A stretch of DNA of 53,077 nt from Poseidonia sp. (GTDB taxonomy: Archaea > Thermoplasmatota > Poseidoniia > Poseidoniales > Poseidoniaceae): NCBI GenBank assembly GCA_030827745.1, contig JAURDW010000004.1, positions 1 through 53,077 on the forward strand, written 5' to 3'. The translations under genes and the position numbers were made by a program. Under the pieces are notes generated by a model. The model searched no databases, was not told where the DNA came from, and worked only from the letters and a program-made list of their open reading frames with translations. Shown here piece after piece: positions 7,606 through 15,442 of the stretch (the stretch's first letter is position 1; every line of letters begins with the position of its first letter).

Positions 7606-9996
7606 TTATTCAATTTTCTTGACCTTCGCAGGCATCACATACGCCAAAAGCGCAAGCAACCCAATGGACACGAAAACAAAACCAGCGCCAAGAACGCCGC
7701 TCGAGAGACCTTCATCCGAATTTGATGCCCCATTTTCAGGTGCTTTGTTAACGGCGACCAAAGACTCAATCTCGTTGTTTTCTTCATCACCTTCGGCAAT
7801 CTCTAGACCACGGTCAACCACAGCTCTGAACCGAATCACTTCAACATCGTTTGGAATCTGCCAGTCGCACGTCACGGATCGCAATTCACCCGGTTCAATG
7901 AGCGCAACCGTCTCCACGCCAATGAGTTGGTCGTTTGCTTCGCAGCGGACCGAGACCATGGTGGCGTCGGCTTGGCCACCGTTGCGAATCAACAAGCGCA
8001 TGGACACAACGTCGCCCTGGGTCAACTCATCGGCCCCTAAATCCATGGATTCAATGTAGAGGTCAGCCAGCGCCATGACTTCAAAGTCCACTTCTCGCTC
8101 CGAGCATCCCGTTTGGTCACAAACCGAGACCAGAACGGTATGGAAGCCGATGTTCGGGGGCGTGACGGTCAGCGAATTGCTGGTGAGGTCCACCACGGCC
8201 CACGAACGGTTGGTGGAGGCGGTCAATTGTGTGGAATCAATGTCAAACCAACTCATTTCGATCACAGATTGGACATCCCGTTCCACAGGGATGAGGGATT
8301 GGAATTCAGCGACAACGGGTGGGTCGTCCACGGCTTCAACCACCACCGAGAAGGAGTCTTCCCAAGCGTTGCCTGCATCATCAAGAACGGTCACGCCCAC
8401 GACGGCTTGGCCGCTGGCTTCGGGCAAAAGGCGGACCCGAACATCGCCTTCGGCGAGATCCACCTCAATCAGGTCGCTGTTGGTGTTTGTGAATTGAACC
8501 TGAAGCATCTCGTTTGACGTTCGGTCATCGGCACATCGGAGCAACAAGGGGAGGATGATACCGCCGTTGTCTTCCGTGAGCGTTTGGTCGCCGAGCGGTT
8601 CGCATACCGGGTCTTCGTTCCATTCAATGCCAAAGCCCCCAGATACGGTGATGGTGCTGAATTCGAGGGCGGTGGTGCTTTCCTCACCGCTTGAATCCCA
8701 AGTAAACCACGCACGAACGCTGACCTCCAACGAATCGCTTTCCGAGTTGAGATAAGCGCCAATGGGCCATTCATGAGCAAATGAACCAATTTCCATGGCT
8801 TCGTTTGAGACCACTTCCCCGTTGACGAACAAAAGCCAACGGGAATAATTTGCGTCGATGCCGTCGTTGTTTCCGAAGATTCGCCCGCTCAGGCGGAGCG
8901 AAGGGTCGTTGACATCAACCCAGACTCGGTCCACGCATGCGTCCAATACCGTCACCCGAAGTTGGTAGGCTGCCGCCTGGGGGAGGAGGGTGTTGGGAGT
9001 CATCGGTTGAAACTCGCCAACCGAAAGACCGTCTTGAGAGAGGGCGACTTCAATGGTGGTGTTCTCCACGTCTCCTTCGCTGGTTGTGAGGTGGACCCGC
9101 CCGAGTCCTTGTTCCGGGGGCGGTGTGAACAAGGGACTTGTCCACGTTCCAGAGGTGCCGTCCACAAGCGGTTTCAATCCACACTCGTCAAGGGCCATGT
9201 TGTTCGTGGTACCCGTTTCGATATCGAGGTCCATGACGGGCATGTCGTGACCGGTGAAGGTGGAACTTGCGTAGGCCACTTCGCCTCCGTACCAAGGCGT
9301 TTGTACCGTAATGTCGAGGCCAAGTGCATCCACGACAAGACGAGAATCATCAACCCCGCCCGCCGAAACATAGTCCAGTGTGAACACCAACTCCGCAAGG
9401 TCTGTCCAGGTCCACTCGACGAGCCCGGTGAGGTTGAGAGCGTAGGCGCTGTTGTTGATGTAATCGACGTTTCCTTGGGTGTGTGCAAACGTCTTCAGCA
9501 GGTCAAACCCATCGCTGTGTTCCACCGAAATTCGGACGGTGTCCTCTTGAAGGGCGTCGGGAATTTGGAACACTGCCCGCAGATGGACGGCGTACAGGGT
9601 GTAGGAGGTCAACCCGCTTGTGTCAAATCCTGTCAGTTGGATTTCCGGCCCCGTTGACCAGGTGGATGCACCGTCGGGAGCTCCGGTGGAGTAGTTTGAA
9701 TCGGTGGGGGACGAGGAAGACCAAACCGTGAGCGTGTCGAGGTGCAACGGTCGTTGATGGACCATGCTCAGGCGTTGGTCGGCGACCATGGTTTCCGTGT
9801 ATGTCGCCGCTTCTTGTGTGAACGAGGTCTCAGCACCGACCTGCCAGGCTCCCGCATCCTCAAGGGAACCCTGTGGAAAGATATCAACAACCGAGGTGCT
9901 ATGGACGCTTCGTCCATCTGCCGTTCCCGTGAAGGGTGTGCACGTCGTCAACAGCAAAAGAAGGACCAAACAAATGGCGGGTGCGCTGCTTCGCAT
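7606..9996 (-). CDS. Secreted, C-terminally anchored surface protein with Ig-like/cadherin-like and CARDB domains
   Basis: Signal peptide MRSSAPAICLVLLLLLTTC; VEAVDDPPV linker; CARDB-like ADLYIESM...VDRGLEIAEGDEENNE; C-terminal TM plus KVKK. Start moved to 9996 because TTTCAAGAAG lies 21 nt upstream. Confidence 0.85.
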   Translation of the reverse strand: MRSSAPAICLVLLLLLTTCTPFTGTADGRSVHSTSVVDIFPQGSLEDAGAWQVGAETSFTQEAATYTETMVADQRLSMVHQRPLHLDTLTVWSSSSPTDSNYSTGAPDGASTWSTGPEIQLTGFDTSGLTSYTLYAVHLRAVFQIPDALQEDTVRISVEHSDGFDLLKTFAHTQGNVDYINNSAYALNLTGLVEWTWTDLAELVFTLDYVSAGGVDDSRLVVDALGLDITVQTPWYGGEVAYASSTFTGHDMPVMDLDIETGTTNNMALDECGLKPLVDGTSGTWTSPLFTPPPEQGLGRVHLTTSEGDVENTTIEVALSQDGLSVGEFQPMTPNTLLPQAAAYQLRVTVLDACVDRVWVDVNDPSLRLSGRIFGNNDGIDANYSRWLLFVNGEVVSNEAMEIGSFAHEWPIGAYLNSESDSLEVSVRAWFTWDSSGEESTTALEFSTITVSGGFGIEWNEDPVCEPLGDQTLTEDNGGIILPLLLRCADDRTSNEMLQVQFTNTNSDLIEVDLAEGDVRVRLLPEASGQAVVGVTVLDDAGNAWEDSFSVVVEAVDDPPVVAEFQSLIPVERDVQSVIEMSWFDIDSTQLTASTNRSWAVVDLTSNSLTVTPPNIGFHTVLVSVCDQTGCSEREVDFEVMALADLYIESMDLGADELTQGDVVSMRLLIRNGGQADATMVSVRCEANDQLIGVETVALIEPGELRSVTCDWQIPNDVEVIRFRAVVDRGLEIAEGDEENNEIESLVAVNKAPENGASNSDEGLSSGVLGAGFVFVSIGLLALLAYVMPAKVKKIE

Positions 9997-10117
9997 AGAA
10001 GAAGGCACACCTCGGCACTTCTTGAAACAAAGGGTTTCACGCATAGCGTGATGATTTTACTTTCACCGATGGCGCATGATTGAAATACCAAGCCCATGAG
10101 GCGCTTCTACCTCTCAT

Positions 10118-10193
10118 GGCTGTGGTGGTGTAGGGGTTAGCACGGCAGATTGTGGTTCTGCCAGCCCGGGTTCAATTCCCGGCCACGGCCCCA
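10118..10193 (+). tRNA. tRNA-His (GTG) with encoded G-1 and CCA
   Basis: Acceptor stem GCTGTGG/CCACGGC; anticodon arm GCAGA-TTGTGGT-TCTGC; T arm CCGGG-TTCAATT-CCCGG; discriminator C then CCA. Confidence 0.96.
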
Positions 10194-10802
10194 TTACAAA
10201 TCGTCCTTGTCGATGAGGTGGCCCATCCGTTCACCCTTTGTTGTCAGATACATTCGGTTTTGTTCATTGACCCCAACAATCAGAGGACTTCGTTTGGCGA
10301 CCAATATACCATGGCGCTCCAATTGAGCCACCTTCTCAGGGTTGTTGGTCAGCAAATCGACGGCTGCAATGCCTAATTCATTCAGGATCTCACACGCCAC
10401 GGCGTAGTTTCGGCCGTCAGCAGGCAAGCCCAACATCAGGTTGGCATCCAAGGTATCGGCACCCTCATCCTGAAGATGGTAAGCTTGGATTTTGGCATGA
10501 AGGCCGATACCGCGGCCTTCTTGGCGCAGGTAGACCAAGACCCCCCAGCCTTTGTTGACGATGGCTTCCAAGGCGGCATGAAGTTGGGGGCCACAGTCGC
10601 ATCGTGTGCTTTGAAACACATCGCCTGTCAAGCATTCTGAATGAACACGAGCCAGCACGGGGTCGGGCCCTGTCATATCGCCGAGAATCAAGGCAACATG
10701 GTCCATGCCGGTGCTCGCTTCATGAAACACCTGTATTCGAAAATCACCGAAAGCGGTTGGAAGAAAGGCCTCGCTTGGCACTTCACTCGGCCTTCGGGTC
10801 AA
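10194..10802 (-). CDS. ribA: GTP cyclohydrolase II
   Basis: RVHSECLTGD, RCDCG, YLRQEGRGIGL, LLTNNPEK, YLTTK..RMGH. Confidence 0.96.
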   Translation of the reverse strand: MTRRPSEVPSEAFLPTAFGDFRIQVFHEASTGMDHVALILGDMTGPDPVLARVHSECLTGDVFQSTRCDCGPQLHAALEAIVNKGWGVLVYLRQEGRGIGLHAKIQAYHLQDEGADTLDANLMLGLPADGRNYAVACEILNELGIAAVDLLTNNPEKVAQLERHGILVAKRSPLIVGVNEQNRMYLTTKGERMGHLIDKDDL

Positions 10803-11050
10803 ATCACCACCTCAATGACAAAGGCGAATTCTCCGTCCATTTCCCTCACATCGACCAGTCGGTGGGTGGTTCTGCCGAGCAGGAGTGGCATATCGTGCAG
10901 GGTTTCGGGGTCATCAGCGAGCACTTCCAGCACCGAACCTGCTGCCAGTTTTTCAAGGGCTTCCCGGGTTTTCGCTACGGGAACCGGGCAATGGAAGCCG
11001 AGCACATCGAGGCGATGCGTCACTTTGTTTGCCCCCGATTCGCTGGTCAT
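10799..11050 (-). CDS. TusA/SirA-family sulfur carrier
   Basis: LDVLGFHCPVP (CPxP motif), LEVLADDP; start placed at the internal Met 11050. Confidence 0.9.
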   Translation of the reverse strand: MTSESGANKVTHRLDVLGFHCPVPVAKTREALEKLAAGSVLEVLADDPETLHDMPLLLGRTTHRLVDVREMDGEFAFVIEVVI

Positions 11051-11160
11051 GTTGCTTCCACAAGCATGGATGCTTTGAACGCATGCCTCCACTTTCCAAT
11101 CGATGACGGACGGCCGCGGGCGTCGCAACACCTTTTCAACAAGACACCCGTTCACCAACC

Positions 11161-12213
11161 ATGGCCCATGCAACAACCGCACGCCCCGAAGGGGACATGT
11201 CGTGGCGGGAAGTGGGTGAACTCGGCTTGCGTTACGGGCGAATTCCGTTGGCGCTGCTTTTGGTGGAGGCCTTCTATTGGTTTCTGACTTTACCCTCCGA
11301 TACCTTGGCGCCCATTCAAGTGACGGAGGCTTGGATTTGGAACGCGGTCACGAACCTCCTCTACGGCGAGGGTTCATCGGTTTTGAGCCACCACAACGGT
11401 TGGCTCACACGGATTGATCTTCAACATCCCGCCTTTCCGGGCCCGTTTGACAGCGTGGGCTTGTACGTCTCGGACGAATGCGCTGGCGTTCATGAAATGA
11501 TTTTCCTCTCCACCCTGATCATGATGACCGATGGCGTACCCCAACGCGACAAGCGAAAAGCCGTTCTGGTCATGTGTGGCTTGGTGTATGTCCTCAACCT
11601 TGCCCGGTTGGTGGTCTTTTACCCCATTGCCGTTGATTCCTGCCTCGGGACGCCGGATGTCCAGGCCTGTCTCACACCGATGTGGCAGTTTCACGAAGCG
11701 GTCTACACTTGGGGCTTTTTGGTGGTTCTCGTCGGCATGTGGTTGGCTTGGTTTGTGAAATTTGGAGGGCCAGCCCGGACACTTGCTGCCAGCAAAGAGG
11801 ACCCTTCACCTTGGCGCTTCCAACGACGCACTCGTTTTTCCCAACGCCATTGGGCATTTCTGGCAGCAGCGGGTGTGTTGTTTCTTCTTGCCATCGGTCA
11901 CGTTTCCACCAACCAAGAAGCCATGGATGCGCGTGACACCCTCGCGTTTTGTGAGTTTTCGCAAGAACTATCGTCAACATGCAGCGATGCCCAACTTCGT
12001 TGGGACGATGCGATTGGGTATGCTTGGTCGCTTTCAGCCCTCGGCATCGGGTTGTTGGTTGGTGCGATGGTTGTTGTTGAACGGCCCCTCGAAGACGGAA
12101 GTTGGCCGCAGGCGAAGAAAATGGAAGATGCGACTGTGGTTCAAGATACAAAGAAGCAACATCACATCAAGCGGAGCGGCTCATGGCGCTCCCGGGGTCG
12201 CGAGGAAGAGTAA
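11161..12213 (+). CDS. Exosortase/archaeosortase-family membrane transpeptidase
   Basis: Multi-TM; VSDECAG (Cys), NLARL (Arg), WQFHE (His) catalytic triad pattern; extra C-terminal TM pair. Confidence 0.85.
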   Translation: MAHATTARPEGDMSWREVGELGLRYGRIPLALLLVEAFYWFLTLPSDTLAPIQVTEAWIWNAVTNLLYGEGSSVLSHHNGWLTRIDLQHPAFPGPFDSVGLYVSDECAGVHEMIFLSTLIMMTDGVPQRDKRKAVLVMCGLVYVLNLARLVVFYPIAVDSCLGTPDVQACLTPMWQFHEAVYTWGFLVVLVGMWLAWFVKFGGPARTLAASKEDPSPWRFQRRTRFSQRHWAFLAAAGVLFLLAIGHVSTNQEAMDARDTLAFCEFSQELSSTCSDAQLRWDDAIGYAWSLSALGIGLLVGAMVVVERPLEDGSWPQAKKMEDATVVQDTKKQHHIKRSGSWRSRGREEE

Positions 12214-12215
12214 CT

Positions 12216-13646
12216 TCACTCAACGATGTTGGCCGTCAAGGTGTGCCCGTCGTAGGTGCGCTTCTCAACGGCTTTCATGGCGGTGCTGATCTTGCTGCTG
12301 TGGAGGCTGACGACGGTGCTTTGTCCGTCAAACTGAATTTCGCCAATCGCGAGTTCGTTGCACTTGAGGTTTTCAAGGAACCATTTTGAGACTTTGTGGG
12401 CAGAGCCGGCTTGCTCGGGTGAGAGCGACAGACGGACTTTCACGTAACCGAACACATCGGCGGTTTCTCCGAAGTCTTCCTGCCGGCGAACTGGGTCCTT
12501 CTCAATACCGTCTGGGAGTTCAGGGGCTTCGGTGGGTTGGATGTCCAAGCCGTAGGTGGCCATGATGCGAGACAGTTGGGGGTCGTCGTCTCGAGAGACT
12601 AAACTCCAAGCCTCCCCTGTCCGTCCGATGCGTCCTGTTCGCCCGATTCGGTGAATGAAGGAATCCATATCGTTCGGGATGTCATAATTTACGACGAGGG
12701 TGATGCCGTCCACGTCAATTCCACGGGCGGCAACATCGGTGGCGATGATGGTCTTCACCTTTCCTTCCTTGAACGAATCGAGGATGCGCTCCCGTTGGTT
12801 TTGGCTCAAGTCGCCGTGAAGGCCAGCGACATCAAACCGATGTTTCGATAACCGTTCTACCGCCAAATCCACCATACGCTTTGTGTTGCAAAACACGATG
12901 GTCTGGTCTTCGTCCTCCATGCGAACGAGGAGGCGACCAAGGACCCAGAGTTTGTTGGCCCGACCGATACGGACGGAGTAGAGGTCAATGGGAGGGATGT
13001 CCAATGATTCTGCGTTGGTCAAGACGAAGTCGGGCTCGTGCATGAACTCATGAGCAGCGTCAATGATTTCTTGCGGGAAGGTCGCTGAAAAGAGCAGGGT
13101 TTGCTGGCGGGACGTCATGCGCTCAACCACCCACATGATGTCAGGGAAGAAACCCATATCGAGCATGCGGTCTGCTTCGTCCAAACAGAACAGGGTCGGG
13201 GACGAGAGGTCAATGTGTTGGCGTTCGGTCATGTCCATGACTCGGCCAGGGGTGCCGACGATGATGTCAACGCCGTCGCCGAGGGTTTTGGCTTGCTTTT
13301 CGAGGTCCGTGCCACCGTACACGGTTTGGATGGTGAGGCCTGTCTCGCCTTGGAGCATGTTCAACTCCTCAGCGACTTGGTTCGCCAATTCCCTTGTCGG
13401 GGCTAAAATCAACGCTTGGAGGCTGCCTGTAGGGCTGCAGCGCTCGAGAATAGGCAGGCCGAAGGCAGCGGTTTTGCCCGACCCCGTACGTGCTTGACCG
13501 ATGACGTCCGTGCCTTGGCGTGCAAGAGGGACGGTGTCGCGTTGAACCTGGGTCGCAAACTCCCAGCCGATCGCCTTCAAACCGTTTTGCAATCCCTCGG
13601 GAAGGTCCCATGCGTCAAATCGGGTTGTTGTGAACATTTTCATCAC
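12216..13646 (-). CDS. DEAD-box RNA helicase (DeaD/CshA-like) with DbpA-type C-terminal domain
   Basis: ARTGSGKT, PTRELA, TPGR, DEAD, SAT, ARGID, HRIGRTGR; start may be ATG 13643 or 13637. Confidence 0.95.
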   Translation of the reverse strand: MMKMFTTTRFDAWDLPEGLQNGLKAIGWEFATQVQRDTVPLARQGTDVIGQARTGSGKTAAFGLPILERCSPTGSLQALILAPTRELANQVAEELNMLQGETGLTIQTVYGGTDLEKQAKTLGDGVDIIVGTPGRVMDMTERQHIDLSSPTLFCLDEADRMLDMGFFPDIMWVVERMTSRQQTLLFSATFPQEIIDAAHEFMHEPDFVLTNAESLDIPPIDLYSVRIGRANKLWVLGRLLVRMEDEDQTIVFCNTKRMVDLAVERLSKHRFDVAGLHGDLSQNQRERILDSFKEGKVKTIIATDVAARGIDVDGITLVVNYDIPNDMDSFIHRIGRTGRIGRTGEAWSLVSRDDDPQLSRIMATYGLDIQPTEAPELPDGIEKDPVRRQEDFGETADVFGYVKVRLSLSPEQAGSAHKVSKWFLENLKCNELAIGEIQFDGQSTVVSLHSSKISTAMKAVEKRTYDGHTLTANIVE

Positions 13647-13650
13647 CGCT

Positions 13651-13683
13651 CGTCTCGGGGGTTCGTCGTCGGTCGCCGAGACG
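13651..13683 (-). promoter_or_regulatory. Inverted repeat (8-bp stem) abutting the SD of the DEAD-box helicase gene
   Basis: CGTCTCGG (13651-13658) and CCGAGACG (13676-13683). Confidence 0.45.
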
Positions 13684-13703
13684 GGGCGACCTCCACTTCA
13701 GCA

Positions 13704-13922
13704 TCAGAGGTTCTCGCGGTCAGCGATTTCCTTCTGAAGTTCGCCCATCCAGTATCGTCGAGCATTTTCTCGGTTCAATGGACGGCGCATTTGTCGAACA
13801 TGCTCAAGGATGTACTGGCGGAATTTCAGGGCCTTGGTCCGGTTTTCTCCTTTTGGAGTCATCCCGTCCCAAAGGCGGTCGAATTGCAGCGCTTTGTCGT
13901 CAAAGTCACGGTCATCTTCCAT
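13704..13922 (-). CDS. Small hypothetical protein (72 aa)
   Basis: SD GAGGTG before ATG 13922; helical, protein-like sequence; co-oriented with its neighbours. Confidence 0.7.
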   Translation of the reverse strand: MEDDRDFDDKALQFDRLWDGMTPKGENRTKALKFRQYILEHVRQMRRPLNRENARRYWMGELQKEIADRENL

Positions 13923-13994
13923 TGGATACACCTCTTCAGCGCTTTGCCGACCTCCCACCTGTTCTTAACCATGTTGGACAGCATCCGCGAGGGT

Positions 13995-15338
13995 TCAGTC
14001 GTACGGTTCGTCGAAATCCCAGTCGTCAACGTCATCGTCGTCGTGGTAGCCCATGATTTCGTCTTGCGTCGGTCGTCGTTCCGTTAGACGGGGTTGCGAT
14101 GTTGGCGGTGTTGGTTCAGGAGGCGCATCGGTGGTTGCAGGCGATTCTCCTCGCCCTGCATCCAATCTTGGTGTACCCGTTGGGGGATTGAGTCCAACCG
14201 CTTTGCCTTGGGCAGTAAGGACTTCACGGTCCAGTTCAGGGATGGGCAAGGCAGGGGAGAGGGCAGCGTTCTTCTCAGCCTCGGTCCCTTCAAGCATAGC
14301 ATCGTAGCGATAATCCATCAAGGTTTGAACGAGTTTTTCGTCGGTCTCCGACTTCAAGAGGTCATCGACGAGACTCCGCAGCTCGTCCTCCGCCATCAGT
14401 TTTGGTAGCATGGCGATGCATGAACGACGCACGCGGATGTCGCTTGAACGGGCGCCGGCGATGATGAGATCGCGTGCACGACCATGACCACGGTTGAGTT
14501 TCTCGATCGTGCGAATCGCTGCGAGGCGGACATCCGCATCCTCGTCAACGATGGCTCGCTCGGCGAAGACGGTGCCCATGCGAACGTCTTGTTTGGCGAG
14601 ACGTGGAAGGGATTTGGCCACAGTTCGCCGCACTTGTGCGTCCTCGTCGCTCAATGCCCACGAAACCAAATCCCAAACGACGGAGGTTTTCCTTCCCACG
14701 ATGGTGTTGAGCATTTTCGCCGCTTTTCGCCGGATTTCAACATTCGACTCGAGAAATAACGAATCAATGTGGTCCGCAACCACATCTGGCCACGTCTTTG
14801 TCAAGGCTTCGAGTCCTTTCCAAGCGGCGTTTCGACGGTGCGTATCGGTGGACCTCAATTCATTGGCCAGGGAAGAGCGAACGCCTGATGGGAATGTAGG
14901 GGCTGCTCGAGCCAACGCCTCGCTGGCAGCCTTTTGAACGCCCAAATCTTCGTCATCGAGAAGGACCGAAAGCCAATCAAACAACTCGTCAGACCGACGA
15001 ACGGCGAACTCAGGAAGCACGTTGAGGGCGGCGATGCGAATTTCGGGTGCTGGGTCCTGAAGGGCACGCAAAAGCAAGCCATGAGCGGGGTGAATCATGC
15101 CCTTCGTGACTTGGCTTAATGCTCGAACGCCGTCTTTCCTCGTGAGCACATGCTCGTTGCCGTTCCAGCGAACAGTTCTCGATGGAAGACTGCCATCGGC
15201 AAGCGACATCACATCGGCAGGGATGAGTGCAGACCAGCGCCCCTTGAGCGGCTCATAGTCAACATCCTGGTGGGTGGCTCCCTCCATTTTGATGGGTTTT
15301 CCCGTCCGAGGGTCCCGTGCGATGTATTTTCGTGCCAT
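13995..15338 (-). CDS. HEAT-repeat (alpha-solenoid) protein with disordered Pro/acidic tail
   Basis: About 7 repeats of the L.D....VR.AA...L type; start at MARKYI with CTTCATGATG upstream. Confidence 0.85.
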   Translation of the reverse strand: MARKYIARDPRTGKPIKMEGATHQDVDYEPLKGRWSALIPADVMSLADGSLPSRTVRWNGNEHVLTRKDGVRALSQVTKGMIHPAHGLLLRALQDPAPEIRIAALNVLPEFAVRRSDELFDWLSVLLDDEDLGVQKAASEALARAAPTFPSGVRSSLANELRSTDTHRRNAAWKGLEALTKTWPDVVADHIDSLFLESNVEIRRKAAKMLNTIVGRKTSVVWDLVSWALSDEDAQVRRTVAKSLPRLAKQDVRMGTVFAERAIVDEDADVRLAAIRTIEKLNRGHGRARDLIIAGARSSDIRVRRSCIAMLPKLMAEDELRSLVDDLLKSETDEKLVQTLMDYRYDAMLEGTEAEKNAALSPALPIPELDREVLTAQGKAVGLNPPTGTPRLDAGRGESPATTDAPPEPTPPTSQPRLTERRPTQDEIMGYHDDDDVDDWDFDEPYD

Positions 15339-15442
15339 GGGGTGCTCTTTTGCCTGCAAACGACCATCCATCATGAAGGTTCGTTCGCTGAGTGTATTTG
15401 AGCGTTGCATCTTTTGGAGGCTCTCTGGGGCGTGGGCGGTGG

